64,000 bases of DNA from Octopus sinensis (lineage: Eukaryota). The DNA lies in the NCBI RefSeq assembly GCF_006345805.1, contig NC_042997.1:17918001-17982000 (forward strand), in the 5' to 3' direction. Every line of letters starts with the position of its first letter. The first letter of the stretch is position 1. The notes beneath the pieces are model-generated. The model was given only the letters and a program-made list of their open reading frames with translations. It did no database searches and was not told the origin of the DNA. This document shows, one piece after another, positions 25,904 to 38,677 of this stretch. Made by a program: the position numbers and the translations under genes.

Positions 25904-27154
25904 TATATAGTATTCAATCTAATACCCTAATAACTCTGCTTATCTGTGACGTCTGAGATGCAACACAGCTCAATAAAAAGATGAAGTGGTCACCACTGGA
26001 ATGTCTTTAGCCATAAGTCTACTCTGTTAGAACTGACCTGCATGCTTTTTATGTTATTGTTTTGCTTGGTTTAGACAAAGACTGAATAGTTTATATTCCT
26101 ATAATTAATTCTGGGAGTAGCAATGTAAAACTAAAGAACAGATTGCTTTTTACTTGATATTCAGCTTGTTTTTGTTTGGCTGAAATATTGGGTGGTTATG
26201 TAGGTATATCGTAGGAAGTGGGAAGTGGTTAGCATCGTATAAATTAGTTTGAGAGTTTTATTTAATTATTAAAACTCAAACTTTTTCATTAATTATAGTT
26301 AGATAATCTCAACATTCCCCACCTACAAAACCCAATTAAAAGCAAAATATGTAAAGAAAAATAAAAAAATAAATGAATAAACAAAACAAAAGAAAATCTG
26401 TAGAATACTTAAACACTAACTCTCCTTTGATGTTGGAGTGACTTTGAAATAGTGAATATTGATGAAATGGACATGAGGAAAAATAATACATAAACTCTTA
26501 ATAATAAACAAAACAGAGTTATTACAAAATATAAAAGAAAATGACATACATTAAATCTGAAAAACTTTCCTGCATTCTCAAAAGCATGATTTTCATAGCT
26601 TATGCCATAAAGATTTCCTTCTCCATGTTTACATGCTGAGTATTTTACATAAGCAATTATATTGACAATAGACTGCAGATGTCTATGAAAGGACGTTCAT
26701 ACATTAATAAAAAAATTATTTTTGATAATATTAGGCTGTTTTAATCTTATTATTGCATTTAAAGAAAAGATCCTGTAATTATTATATTCTTTATAATTCA
26801 GAATATTATAGAATATATTATAGGATGGTTTAGAAGGAAATATACTGTGAAAATAAAGTTTGATAGAGGAAGCACTAATTCTGAATCTGTAAACATTAAA
26901 CACTACTAAAAAAAAAAAAAAAAATAATGCCAAAAGGGAGGAGTCTTTATGCAGTTGCCAAGGTAACAAGAAAGTTACTAGAAGATCACTCAATCTGCTA
27001 GATATAGCTACCAAATTGACTTCAAATCACACTGGTTTCTAAAAACAAAGAAGGACACTTTAGATAACATAGCTCTGGTGTACAAAACTATTGGGTGTTC
27101 ATGGCTGGAATTCCTTTGATCATAAGGTTATTCAATCAAGGCTGACCTACAGCT

Positions 27155-27292
27155 AAAAAAACAACAACAACAACAACAACAAAAAAAAAAACAACAACAA
27201 CAACAACAGCAGCAGCAACAACAACAACAACAACAGCAGCAGCAGCAGCAGCAGCAAAAACAACAACAACAACAACAAGAACAAGAACAAGA
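27155..27292. repeat. (CAA)n/(CAG)n compound trinucleotide tract at the tail of a SINE-like copy
   Basis: Direct reading; follows ...gggtgttcatggctggaattcctttgatcataagg...gctgacctacagctaaa. Confidence 0.9.
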
Positions 27293-28683
27293 AATATAAC
27301 TGTAAAACTATAGTAGAAGTTTTCTACAATTTTTTCTGCAATTGCTAAACAAATAAGTTATTTTCGAACAATGTAAGATTATACATTGTTAAGTATTGCA
27401 ATTTATCATAAAGGTGTTCATCAGGTGTTCACCAGGTGTTGCACAAATGAGTGTCATATGTTCATATGTTTGTTATATATTGTACAGTTGTTTTACAGTA
27501 GTTTATCACATGTTTGTCAGATGTTCTGATATTTGCCAGGTGTTTTGCTGGTTTTTGTCATGTATGATAGAGATGTTTTATCATGTGGTGCAGTGTAGGT
27601 GCATTACAAGTGTTTGTCATGTATTGTGTAGGAGTTTGCTGATCAATTTAAAAGTGTTTGACATGTGTTACCAATTGGAAATATTTCCAATCACAATGGG
27701 GTATAAAATTGGTACCAAAAATGTAATATATTTTGTATCAAATAACACACCTTACTAGAAGTTAGAGAAAAGGAAGCACTGTGCTGCAATCTATATAAGG
27801 ACAACAGTCAATATGCTGAACTATTTTGGGCTTACTCTACCTTTATGATGATTGAGAATATCTTATAGTAGTAAGTATTGGGGTTCACTGTGTAATTAAA
27901 TATGTTTTTAGCTTATGGTGTGAGTTCCAGTTCTCTTGTAGCTTCTGAGGACACGGTGGGGAGCCACAAATGACTGAATGATCTTTTTATTGACAATAGA
28001 CTCAGCCACTCATGCAAATAGAGCAACATTGTATAAAACGTGTTGCCATGTCTGTTGCACAAATTCCTATTTTTATATTATGTAGACAGGAGAAGACAGT
28101 GTCTATAACAAGGTTCTCTGAGACTAATGGTTGTGAATAAAGAAAGGAGAAAGGTGTTTTCAAAACAGAGCCCAGCCTGTAAGGCTTGCAATAGAGTGGA
28201 CTTCACTAAAGGTTCCCAAGGTGCCTAGTGATGGTGGTGGTAGTGGCATTAAACTGGGTGAGAGATTAAGCCTAATACCCAAGAAGCATATTTTAAATCT
28301 CATCTTGTCTGTTTATCCACCAGGAAACAGATATGTAACTTGGCTACAAGAAATTCAACAGCAGTATATGAAAATATATTTTCACAATAAATTATCATTA
28401 TTGTTGTTTAGCTCTAGTAAAAACCTATGAGCCCTCTGTGTAGGATTTAGAGGTAAGCAATATTTACATTGTCTTACGCATTCTTTCCTTAAAATTTGTG
28501 AGATTTGAGGTCTTCTCTGTCTAGCAGGCTTAACAACCACATAAGGATTCCCTTGTTGATTTGATGTAGTAATATTAAATTGTGGTGATTTAGCTCCAGA
28601 TCATCTCTGATTAAATATACTTCCTGTTGTTCCAAGAGTATCTAGAAATACAGGCAAAGGTAAAGAATACACACATCTAATGT

Positions 28684-28728
28684 TTAGGGTTTAGGGTTAG
28701 GGTTAGGGTTAGTTTTAGGGTTAGGGTT
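28684..28728 (+). repeat. Short interstitial (TTAGGG)n telomere-like tract
   Basis: ttagggtttagggttagggttagggttagttttagggttagggtta. Confidence 0.85.
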
Positions 28729-28772
28729 ATGCTGAAAATGAGTGGTGCGTGTATTTTTAACCTCTGCTGAAA

Positions 28773-28855
28773 TACAGGGTGGCACCAGAGTTTGTCCTAT
28801 CATTTAAAATATACTAGTAGATTAAATGTTAACCTGAATTTTGGGTCACCTTGTA
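28773..28855. mobile_element. Possible tiny Tc1/mariner-type MITE remnant
   Basis: tacagggtggcacc...gggtcaccttgta imperfect inverted ends with TA. Confidence 0.3.
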
Positions 28856-30629
28856 TATTATCCTATTTGTATTGCCTTTTTAAAAGATGTTAGAGTGTGA
28901 TTTCAGGGAATCTAGCTGCTATATCTATCAGGTTGGATGACTACTCAGAGGCCTTCCTCATTGGTTTATTCACAATACATGAATGTATTTCAACAATTTA
29001 ATAAGTTAACAGATTGTATATCACAATAAGATACAAACAATATTATAATGCTCTTTGGTGTATACATTACTGTTGAAAATTCGTGTGATGTTGTATAGTT
29101 ATTAATTTTTTTCCTTACTGATATTCAGTATATATCCTGCTATTCTTATTACCATCTTTTTCTCTGTTGTTTTGAATGTACTTAGGTGGCTTCAGTTTCT
29201 GTGTTCATAGATGGGGGAGAGAGAAACCAGAGAACTGTTCTAGTAAATAGCATTTACTTTTTCTATTGATCTTGGTGTTTGTTTATAGAACCAGTCCTTG
29301 CCAAGAGGGAATGCTTTTTATGATATAGCACTGGAAAATAAAAGCTCTTTTAGTTTCCTAATTAAAAGCATATATTTGATTCTGAACATATTGGAAGGAA
29401 AATATTAAAATAACTTTTTAACGGAACAGGGTAAAAAAGTGAAAACAAGAAAAATATTATAGTATGTTGGATATGTTCTATTACTTTAGTCCTTCAAAAT
29501 GCAATGAGCCAATATAATATCTAATTGAATAATATTAAATTGAACACCTTCCTATAGTTGTCCCTGAAATTGTATTCTAGAATTGCTTCTAAAATATGTC
29601 AATTACAAGACAATAATTTAACATGGTTAATGTTTGAATTGAAATACTGGAAGTATTAAGGTGTCCAACTAATTAGAACTTCCTAATTGTTAGATCGTGA
29701 AATTAACAAATTGTGAGAGGCATACTTAGAGAGTCATATGACAGTATCATATTATCGGAATGAAACCTATACCAATAACTGCTGAGGCCCCCAGGAGTAT
29801 TAGCTTACATATGTAACACCTATCAATGCTACATAATTCTATAACTACGAAAGCTTAGCAAAGTCATAATAATTCTAAGTTAATGCAAATACAGAAAATG
29901 AAGGACTCAAATTACATTTCCTTGCATTCACTGAAATATAGTAGAGCTAATTCTAGAAATCTCAAACTCTCATATCTCTCTGTCCATTATTCAGTGCATC
30001 ATATGAAATTCTCTCTTTACTTGTAAAATATCTCACTCAACAATAGACATTAGCAGAACAATGGATTATATAGATACTAGACATTGCTTGAATAAATATC
30101 CACCACATCTCTTTACCAACACCAAACATTGGTATATCAAGTACTGCTTTGGACAACTAACACACATGTTGGCATACAGCAACATCACTTATCATATACA
30201 TTGAACCAATAAATCTCTAAATCTGTATTCACTTCTGGAAGACTATTTTTTTCTACCATGTCTCATTAAGAAACAACTATTAACATAACAAAATTTCTGA
30301 GGTCAATAATTATATATGCTAGATAATTTAGATGTTGGTGTACTCTTATGGAAATAGTTTCCATCTCAGATAAGGAAAGAATCTAAGGATATGGATTCAA
30401 GATTAAATCCCCATATAGTTTGGATTGTTACTAAGACATGATTTGGGGTTGCAAGATTCATACAACTTTACAATGCTCAATCTGTGGCCAAAAATACATT
30501 TTATACATGCTTACATACATACATACATGACTAGTATATGCTGGGGGAAACATACATACATGCATGCATGCATGCATGCATGCATGTATGTATGTATGTA
30601 TGTATGTATGTATGTATGTATGTATGTCA

Positions 30630-30707
30630 GGTCACTTTTGAGTGCTACTGGTAACATGTAACCCAGTGCAACCTGTTGCATGGTCGGGTCGTCGGCAACT
30701 AAACTGG
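30630..30707 (+). ncRNA. HDV-like (nested double-pseudoknot) self-cleaving ribozyme at the RTE 5' end
   Basis: P1 GGTCAC(30630-35)/ATGGTC(30680-85); P2 CCAGT(30663-67)/ACTGG(30703-07); P3 GCA/TGC with L3 ACCTGT; P1.1 CC/GG(30686-87); short P4; J4/2 with catalytic-C equivalent C30699 followed by TAA. Confidence 0.7.
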
Positions 30708-33700
30708 CAACCCCACCAAGCTTGCTTGGTGAGGAGGGTGTTTATTGGATACCCTGCAGGATGAAAAAACAAAACCCATCAAAGGGCGGAGGAACTCTTG
30801 AGAGTCAACGGCCATCCAATAAATGTCTTAAGGCTGTATCATGCACGGGGACATAGAAATAATCAGACTGAATACTCGATCATGCGGTTAAGCCATTGGG
30901 AGTGAAGGACTCCCAGCCTTTGTTAGGGCATCCTTCTAGGAGAAGGTAACTCAGGTAACTGGGATAACTCCGACATAAAACCTGCAGTTCAGTGGTTACC
31001 GATGATGTTGACTTGTTCTTTTCAGATTAAGGCTGTTGTTGCTTAGTGAGTGGGATTGACTCAGTGCACAGCCTTTCCTCACTTTAAAAAAAATCTTCTT
31101 GCACAGGCATTGCATGATAACAACATTGATTAAGCTTCGTGCAATGACCATACTCGATAACGAGGGGGCAGCCACCATGTATGCATGTATGTATCCCCCA
31201 GCATATACTAGTCATTAGTGACTTTAGGCTCCAGGCTAGAAGGATACCAAGAAGCTGACCAATCTGGAAAAGAAGGATTTGAAAGCTTAAGGACCTTTCA
31301 TATGGTCAGAGATTGAGGGAAATCCTAATTGAGAAATTTGATGAGAGGGAGGAGGTGCTACAGACTTGTGACATATAGGGCAACTGGGAATTCCTGTGGG
31401 ACAGCTTGCTGAGTGCCACAGACCAAATCTGCGGCTGGTGCAAAGTCTCATCTGGACCTAAAGTAATGTGGTGGAAGAACGATGTTGTAGACAGGGCCAT
31501 TAGAATAAAGGAACAAGACTAGAAGGCCTGGAAAAGTGGGGGTACCAGGAAACTGTATTAGATACCCAGAAGGGAAGTTAGAAGACAGGTATACCCAGCC
31601 AAAGGAGAAGCAAAAAAGAAGTTTGCTTATGTTCAGTGAAGAGAGGACCAAAGAACTGAAGTGTTCCAGATTGCAAGACAGTGTGTGAGAGAAAATTGCC
31701 ATGTCATAGGTGAGAAATGTGTCTGATTGGATGATGGTGCTCTTGCATTTAATGATTCTGCAAAGAAGGAGGCTTGTAAATGTCATTATGAAAGACCGAT
31801 GAACGTGGAGAATGAATGAAAGGAGGAGAGTCTGTCAAATGTTGACCCAATTGAGGGACCAGCTATCCGAATTGATAGCACCTTGTTAGATAAAGCAATT
31901 AAGGATATGAAGACAGGGAAATCCCTGAGCCCATCAGGAATCACTACTGAGATGCTTAAAATATCTGGTAGTGTGGGTTATGGTCAAGTCACCCATACTG
32001 TAAATGAAGTAGTTCATGAAGGAGTCATACCCAATGACTGGTGTAGCAGCACCATAGTCAATTGCTACAAAGGTAAAGGTGAAACCTTAAACAGCAAAAA
32101 ATTACAGAGGTATCAAATTGTTGGATCAGGTGATTAAAATTATGGAGAGAGTCATAGCCCAACTAATTAGGGAGAGAGTTAGTCTAGATGAGATGCTGTT
32201 TGGTTTTGTGCCATTGATGTTATATTTTTGGTAAGGCAGTTGCTGGAGAAATACATACCCAAAGATAACCGTCTGTTTGTTGATTTAGAGAAAGCCTTTG
32301 ACAAGGTCCCTCAGTCCCTTATCTGGTGGTCAATGCAGAAACTAGGGATAGACAGGGGCTTGGTGGAGCTGTATAAGCCATGTACAGGGATGCTACCAAT
32401 TAGGTGAGGAACGGCAATGAGTACAGTGAAGAATTCAGGGCACAAGTAGGGGTTCACCAAGGATCAGTCCTTAGCCCTCTCTTGTTCATTGTAGTCTTTC
32501 AGGCAATAACAGAGGAGATTAAGACACACTTCTTCTGGGAGCTCCTCTATACTGATGACCTTGTTCTTATAAGTGAATCATTACCAGACCTAGAGAAGAA
32601 GTTCCAGGTATGGAAGCAAGTTCTAAAATCGAAGGGCCTTAGAGTTAACCTAACAAAAACCTAAGTCTTAGTAAGTTGGAAGGCAGACAAATCTCAAATC
32701 CCTTCAGGCACATGGCCCTTCTTGATATGTAATAAAGGCATAGGTAGAAACTCCATAAGATGCACCTTGTGTAAGCTTTGGACACATAAATGGTGCAGCA
32801 ATATTAGAGGAAGGTTAACAGGGAAAATAGTTTTAGTATGTGGAAGATGCACAGGTACAATAAACACCGAAAGTGTACAGAAAATAGTCTCCATCAACTT
32901 CTGGAGGGATAAGCAAGAGGTAGTACATAACTTCCATTATCTAGGTAACCAAGTTAGTAGAGGAGGCGGATGCTCTGAGAGTGTAGCTGTGAAAATAAGA
33001 TTAGGCTGGGCAAAGTTCAGAGAGCTCCTTCCTCTGCTGGCAACAAATGGCCTCTCTCTCAGAGTGAAAGGCAGATTGTATGATGCCTGTGTGTGAACAG
33101 CTATGTACATGGCAATGAAACATGGGCTGTGACAGCCGAAGACATGTGCAGGTTTGAAAAAAATGAAGCCAGTATGCCTTGCTGGATGTGCAATGTTAGT
33201 ATGCATGTTCAACAGAGTGTAATCATCTTGAAAGAAAAGTTAGGCATAAGAGGAATCAGATGTGGTATGCAAGAGTGATGACTGTGCTTGTATAGTCATG
33301 TGATGCATATGGACGAGGACAGCTGTGTAAAGAAGACCCGATCTCTAACTGTGGAGGGAAATTGTGGCAGAGGTAGACCCATGAAGACATGGGATGAGGT
33401 GGTAAAGCACGATCTTCGAACTTTGAGCCTCACAGAAGCAATGACTAGGGACTGAGTCCTTTGGCAATATGCTGTGCCTCAGAAGACCCATCAAGTGAAA
33501 TCATAGTTATGGCTGATGCTGGTGTCTTGTAACTGGCACCATGCCAGTGGCACATAAAAAGCACCTTCCAAGCATCGGGCCTCATGGAACTGTTGGTGTG
33601 AGGAAGAGCATCTGGCTGGAGAAACCATACCAAATCAAACTGGAGTCTGGTGCAACTTTCCAGCTTGCCAGCCCTGGTCAAACCATTCAACCCATGGACA

Positions 33701-33727
33701 ATGGACGTTAAATGATGATGATGATGA
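30630..33727 (+). mobile_element. RTE-clade LINE: 5' UTR (30630-~31176), internal deletion/rearrangement, decayed ORF2 (EN end, RT) and 3' UTR with (GAT)n tail
   Basis: RTE-type 5' UTR hairpins (GGGAGT-GAAGG-ACTCCC; CCTTCT-AGG-AGAAGG). ORF2 remnants PQHILVISDFRLQARR, LDKAIKDMKTGK...PSGITTEMLK, GVHQGSVLSPLLF, ELLYTDDL, LRVKGRLYDACV, with many stops. Confidence 0.92.
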
Positions 33728-33734
33728 CATTATA

Positions 33735-34040
<306 letters not shown>

Positions 34041-34851
34041 ACCCATGCCAGTGTGGTAAATGGATGTTAAACGATGATGATGATGATGATGATGTTGATA
34101 TATTTATAAAAACATATACATATGTAAATACATGTTATATGTGTATGTGTATACACACACACACACATGCACACAAACACACACTCAAAGCTGTATTAAG
34201 TGAATGAAAATTGAATAACATTTGATACACTTGCTGTGAGATCATATACTGTACACATTGCAATGTATTAGTAGACCTATGTCACCTGATAATATGGCCT
34301 GACTGTGAAAAGGTAAAACTGAGGGAACAATCAGAAATCCAGGACATCATACTGATATTAACATTTCTACAGCTTTAATAACATGGCAAAATATTATGAA
34401 AAGAATTTATGTCTATTCATTCACTAAAATAAGCTTTTGTATTCTCTTTGAGTGTGATGTAAACAGCTTTACAGAGGGAAGGAAAATCGATAAATTTGAA
34501 TAAGTATATAAAGCACATTAGAGAAACCTGATAGACTTTGCCAGATATGCTTGTTAATATTTCTATTGATAATGGCCTATTGATTCGATTGATCCAAAAT
34601 TTTGCACGAAAGGCAGTCCCCAAGTGAACAGAATGCTTTTTGAATAAGTGATATATCATCAAGTGGGAAAATATATGTCCTTTGTCCTCCAAATGGTGAC
34701 TTCAACAGATTTTATGGCTAACAGTTTTAACAGCCTTGGTGTAAACTTTTAAAATGTTGGTATCAACAGATTGTCTTGAAATAAAGTGATAGACAGAGAT
34801 ACATGCATAAATACATACATACATATATACATACATATATACATACATACA

Positions 34852-34942
<91 letters not shown>

Positions 34943-37445
34943 ATACATGGAAAGAGAGAAAGTAAGAGAAGGCAGGAGAGAGAGAAAGAGAGAGGAAGTG
35001 AGAGTCAATAGGCAAACTGATATTCAAATAAAAATTTATGTATTACATGTGACTGAAAGGCCATTTGCAGCTGAACTGCCCAGTCTAGAAGTAAAGTGTA
35101 ATCCAACAACTGCCTCATTGATTAGCAATACTTCAGCACAGCTTTAATCCTTAGCCATTAAACATGCAGTGAGACATTGGGAAATCAGCCACATTCAATG
35201 ATCTGGCAATAAAATAAGATAATATCTATAGTAAATAAGCTTACAAGTTTAAATTGTCATTTTGTGCAGTGGCAAAAATTATTTGTACTTTGGATGCCCC
35301 TATCTTTGATGTGATGTATTGTTATAGTTTAGATTTCATTGTGATGGAATAGAATGATGAGTTAGATTCTTTTCTGTTTTGTATACAGAAACAACAGTGG
35401 AATGTGTATGCTTATATTTGTTTATCTTTCATTTTGATCACAAGCTCAACAAAGTCATGTCAGGTAATATGTAAACACTAACAGTTCTGAATTACTTTCA
35501 TAACCATGATTTAAGTATAATGATGGAAACATGTAGTCAGGCATGACAATGAATGAATCAAAGCCTAGGCCAAATTGTATTGATGCCAGACATATGTTCA
35601 AAGGTCAGAAAAAAATCAACTATTAGTTCAATGGTTTAAATCTCATGATGGATATTGCAATGTTATAGCAAGCACATCAATTTGGTTTATGTTTAAACAT
35701 GTGTATTAGGAGAATAAGGAACATTTTCATTTTACAGTTGATTTCATTGCAAGGAACATTGACCTTAAAAACGAATCACATTTATACAGAACACAATCAA
35801 ATGTATGTATTTACAAATAATTCTAACTCATACCAAAAGAAATCATCATGATGATTAATCTGTGGCAGCATCAACATCAATATTACCATATTCCAATAAA
35901 ATTCAGACCTACCAGTGCATTTTACAAAATCCTTCTTACTGCTATATGTGGGATATGCTTGAAAGATACTATCTTTACCCCTGGTCATCTCAAGCTTTCA
36001 GTATTTCCTCTGTAATGCCAAACATTCTGGTATCTAATTTACCTTACTCAAAACGTCCATAATTTATTCTTATGCCAGCTATGATCTACCAACATACTGT
36101 AATTTTTCTGTCAGACTTCATCAATTGTTTTTCTTCACATGTCTCAGTCACTCATTTCTTTTAAGACCCAATAGCCTTGTTAATTTCCTTGTACTATTAC
36201 CTCTAAAGGTCATACCTTTTTGAATAAACAAAAATAAAAATAGTGAAAAGACAAAAATCTGATACAATCAAGTATATTTACAAAACTATTCAAATAAGAA
36301 ATGTAGTAAAGCAAAAAAAAAAAGAAATAGATGTCCTTTGTTTTTTCTTATGTTTTAATGACCAACCAGATACCTTCTAGTACATTGGATTGCAAATAAC
36401 TAGCTGAGAAGTGACTGTTTGTATCCAATCATCATCATAGTGTGGTGGTCTGTCAGCAAAGCATTTAACTCTGAAATGTCACATCAGTGAACCTACAAGT
36501 AATTCAGAACAAGATAATCTTATCTTTTTCAAGAATAATGTACCTTGGACTACATAATCTAATATGATACAAAAGTTGTTATTTCTAGCAGGTTGTCCAA
36601 CTACGTAGAAATCCCTTCTGGTGCTGTTAACAGTAAAAGTTGCTTGAACCAAAGTTTGCCTTGCTTGAGGAAAATTATAAACAAAGTTGTTCTAGGCCTG
36701 TCTTGCTAAATAGTAATCTGTTTCTCTTCAGTCACCATCACCATCATCATCATCATTTAATGTTTATGTTCCATGCTAGTGTAGGCTGGATGGTTTGGCA
36801 GTGTCTAGTTTGGCAAGGTTTCTATAGCTGGATGCCCTTCTTAGTACCAATCACTGTACAGAGTGTACTGGGAGTGATTTTGTGAGGCTCTGGCATCAAT
36901 GAGGTCACCAACTAATTAGTGGTGGAGGTGAAAAATTGAGGAAAGTAGCTTGGTACCAGATGTTGAGAGGATGAAGTAAGATAGAACAAACAGGAACAGG
37001 GATATGGTGTGAAGTGCTGGGGAGAAGAAAGATGCACAGCAACAAAGATGGAGATCAGAAATATGCAGAGGTGGATATAGGGCATGATAAACAAAGGTAG
37101 GGAGATAGCTGAGGGTAGATAAGAGGGAGTGTTCAGATGAAAAAGGAATTTTAGTGGAAAATAAAGTGGTCAGGTATAATTGTGAGAATGTGGGATGAGT
37201 GCAAAAGGAAGTAGTTCCAAAGAGGGAAATGATTGGCAGCACAAACAGAGGATGAAATATGTGTTAGGCAGCTAGGACAAATTGCCATAGTTAGATGGAA
37301 GGATAACTGTTAGGAAGATGAGTTGTATGGTAAGCTTGACAGGGTGCAGGACATAGACATAAATGATATGCTTTTAAAACCTGTTTTTACTGATATGGAT
37401 AGGTTTTCTCAAGCACGGTGAATCATCAATATATCAGTCATTTCA

Positions 37446-37658
37446 AGGTGGCAAGCTGGCAGAATCGTTAGCACACCAGCCAAAATGCTTAGTGGTATTT
37501 TGTCTGTCTTTATGTTCTGAGTTCAAATTCCACCGAGGTTGACTTTGCCTTTCATCCTTTCAGGGTCAATAAATTAAGTACCAGTTGCATACTGGGGTCG
37601 ATCTAATCAACTGGCTCCCTACCCCAAAATTTTGGGCCTTGTGCCTAGAGTAGAAAAG
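37446..37658 (+). mobile_element. SINE family B (short tail) with 18-bp TSD
   Basis: AATATATCAGTCATTTCA at 37428-37445 and 37659-37676. Confidence 0.92.
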
Positions 37659-38553
37659 AATATATCAGTCATTTCACTTGTTTTATATTGATTCTTTTTG
37701 ATAACTTTGGAACAAGAGTATAATTGGTTGAAGATATCAAATATATGATTAGTACTTATTTTATTGATTATGAACAGATGAAAGACAGACAATCCAGTCG
37801 AAAATACACTTCCTCTCAATATTGTGGTAGACGTGTTAATTTGAAGATCTATCCAACCCATGCAAACATAGAAGAAGACTGGATGTAGACAGAAGAATAA
37901 ACATCTAGACACATATTTTGCCAAATCTCCGACAGCTGCTTAAATTAATTTCTACACAGCTGGTAAAGAGAAATACTTAATAGGAGAAAAAAGTAAGGAG
38001 ACAGATTGCAATATCATCAGTACCAAAAATTTATAATAGCAATATTAGAAAAATAAAGACTAAATCTTTAAAAAATCAATAAATCTTTCAATTATTATTG
38101 ATCTAAGTGTATTCCTTACGGGCTTTGAGTAAATCAATGAAAATGAGATTGATCTAATACGACTGCATTGAACGTAACGTTGAAGATATAATTTTCAAAT
38201 ATAGATTTCAACTTGAACTTTCATAAACAAACAAAAACAATACCTAAAATTGCCCTCCATGTACCCACTCCTACCCTAGATAAAAATGAAACATTAAAAA
38301 ATAAATCTTGATAAACTTTCTAATAAAATTTAAAAAACTTGAAACTTTTGACATTATTGATTGTATTAAGTATTAAAAGCTAATAAAACCTTATGGAGCA
38401 TAGAAAATAATGCTAGTGCTCATGTGAAAATTGATAGACTTTAAATAGGAAATGGTAATTCTCAGTATAGTTATTGTAAAAGTTTCCTAGACTGTAAAAC
38501 CATAAAAGAAAATCATGAAGTTATATACATACATACATACATACATACATACA

Positions 38554-38589
<36 letters not shown>

Positions 38590-38633
38590 TATATATACAT
38601 ATATATATATGCACATATGTATATATATGTATA

Positions 38634-38677
<44 letters not shown>

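Noticed and set aside
26802-26909. Possible terminal exon NIIEYIIGWFRRKYTVKIKFDRG...
   Set aside because: Short, very AT-rich and unsupported by upstream exons or motifs.
27155-27292. Polyglutamine-like (CAA/CAG)n coding tract
   Set aside because: It is the expanded simple-repeat tail of a SINE-like copy, with no splice or ORF context.
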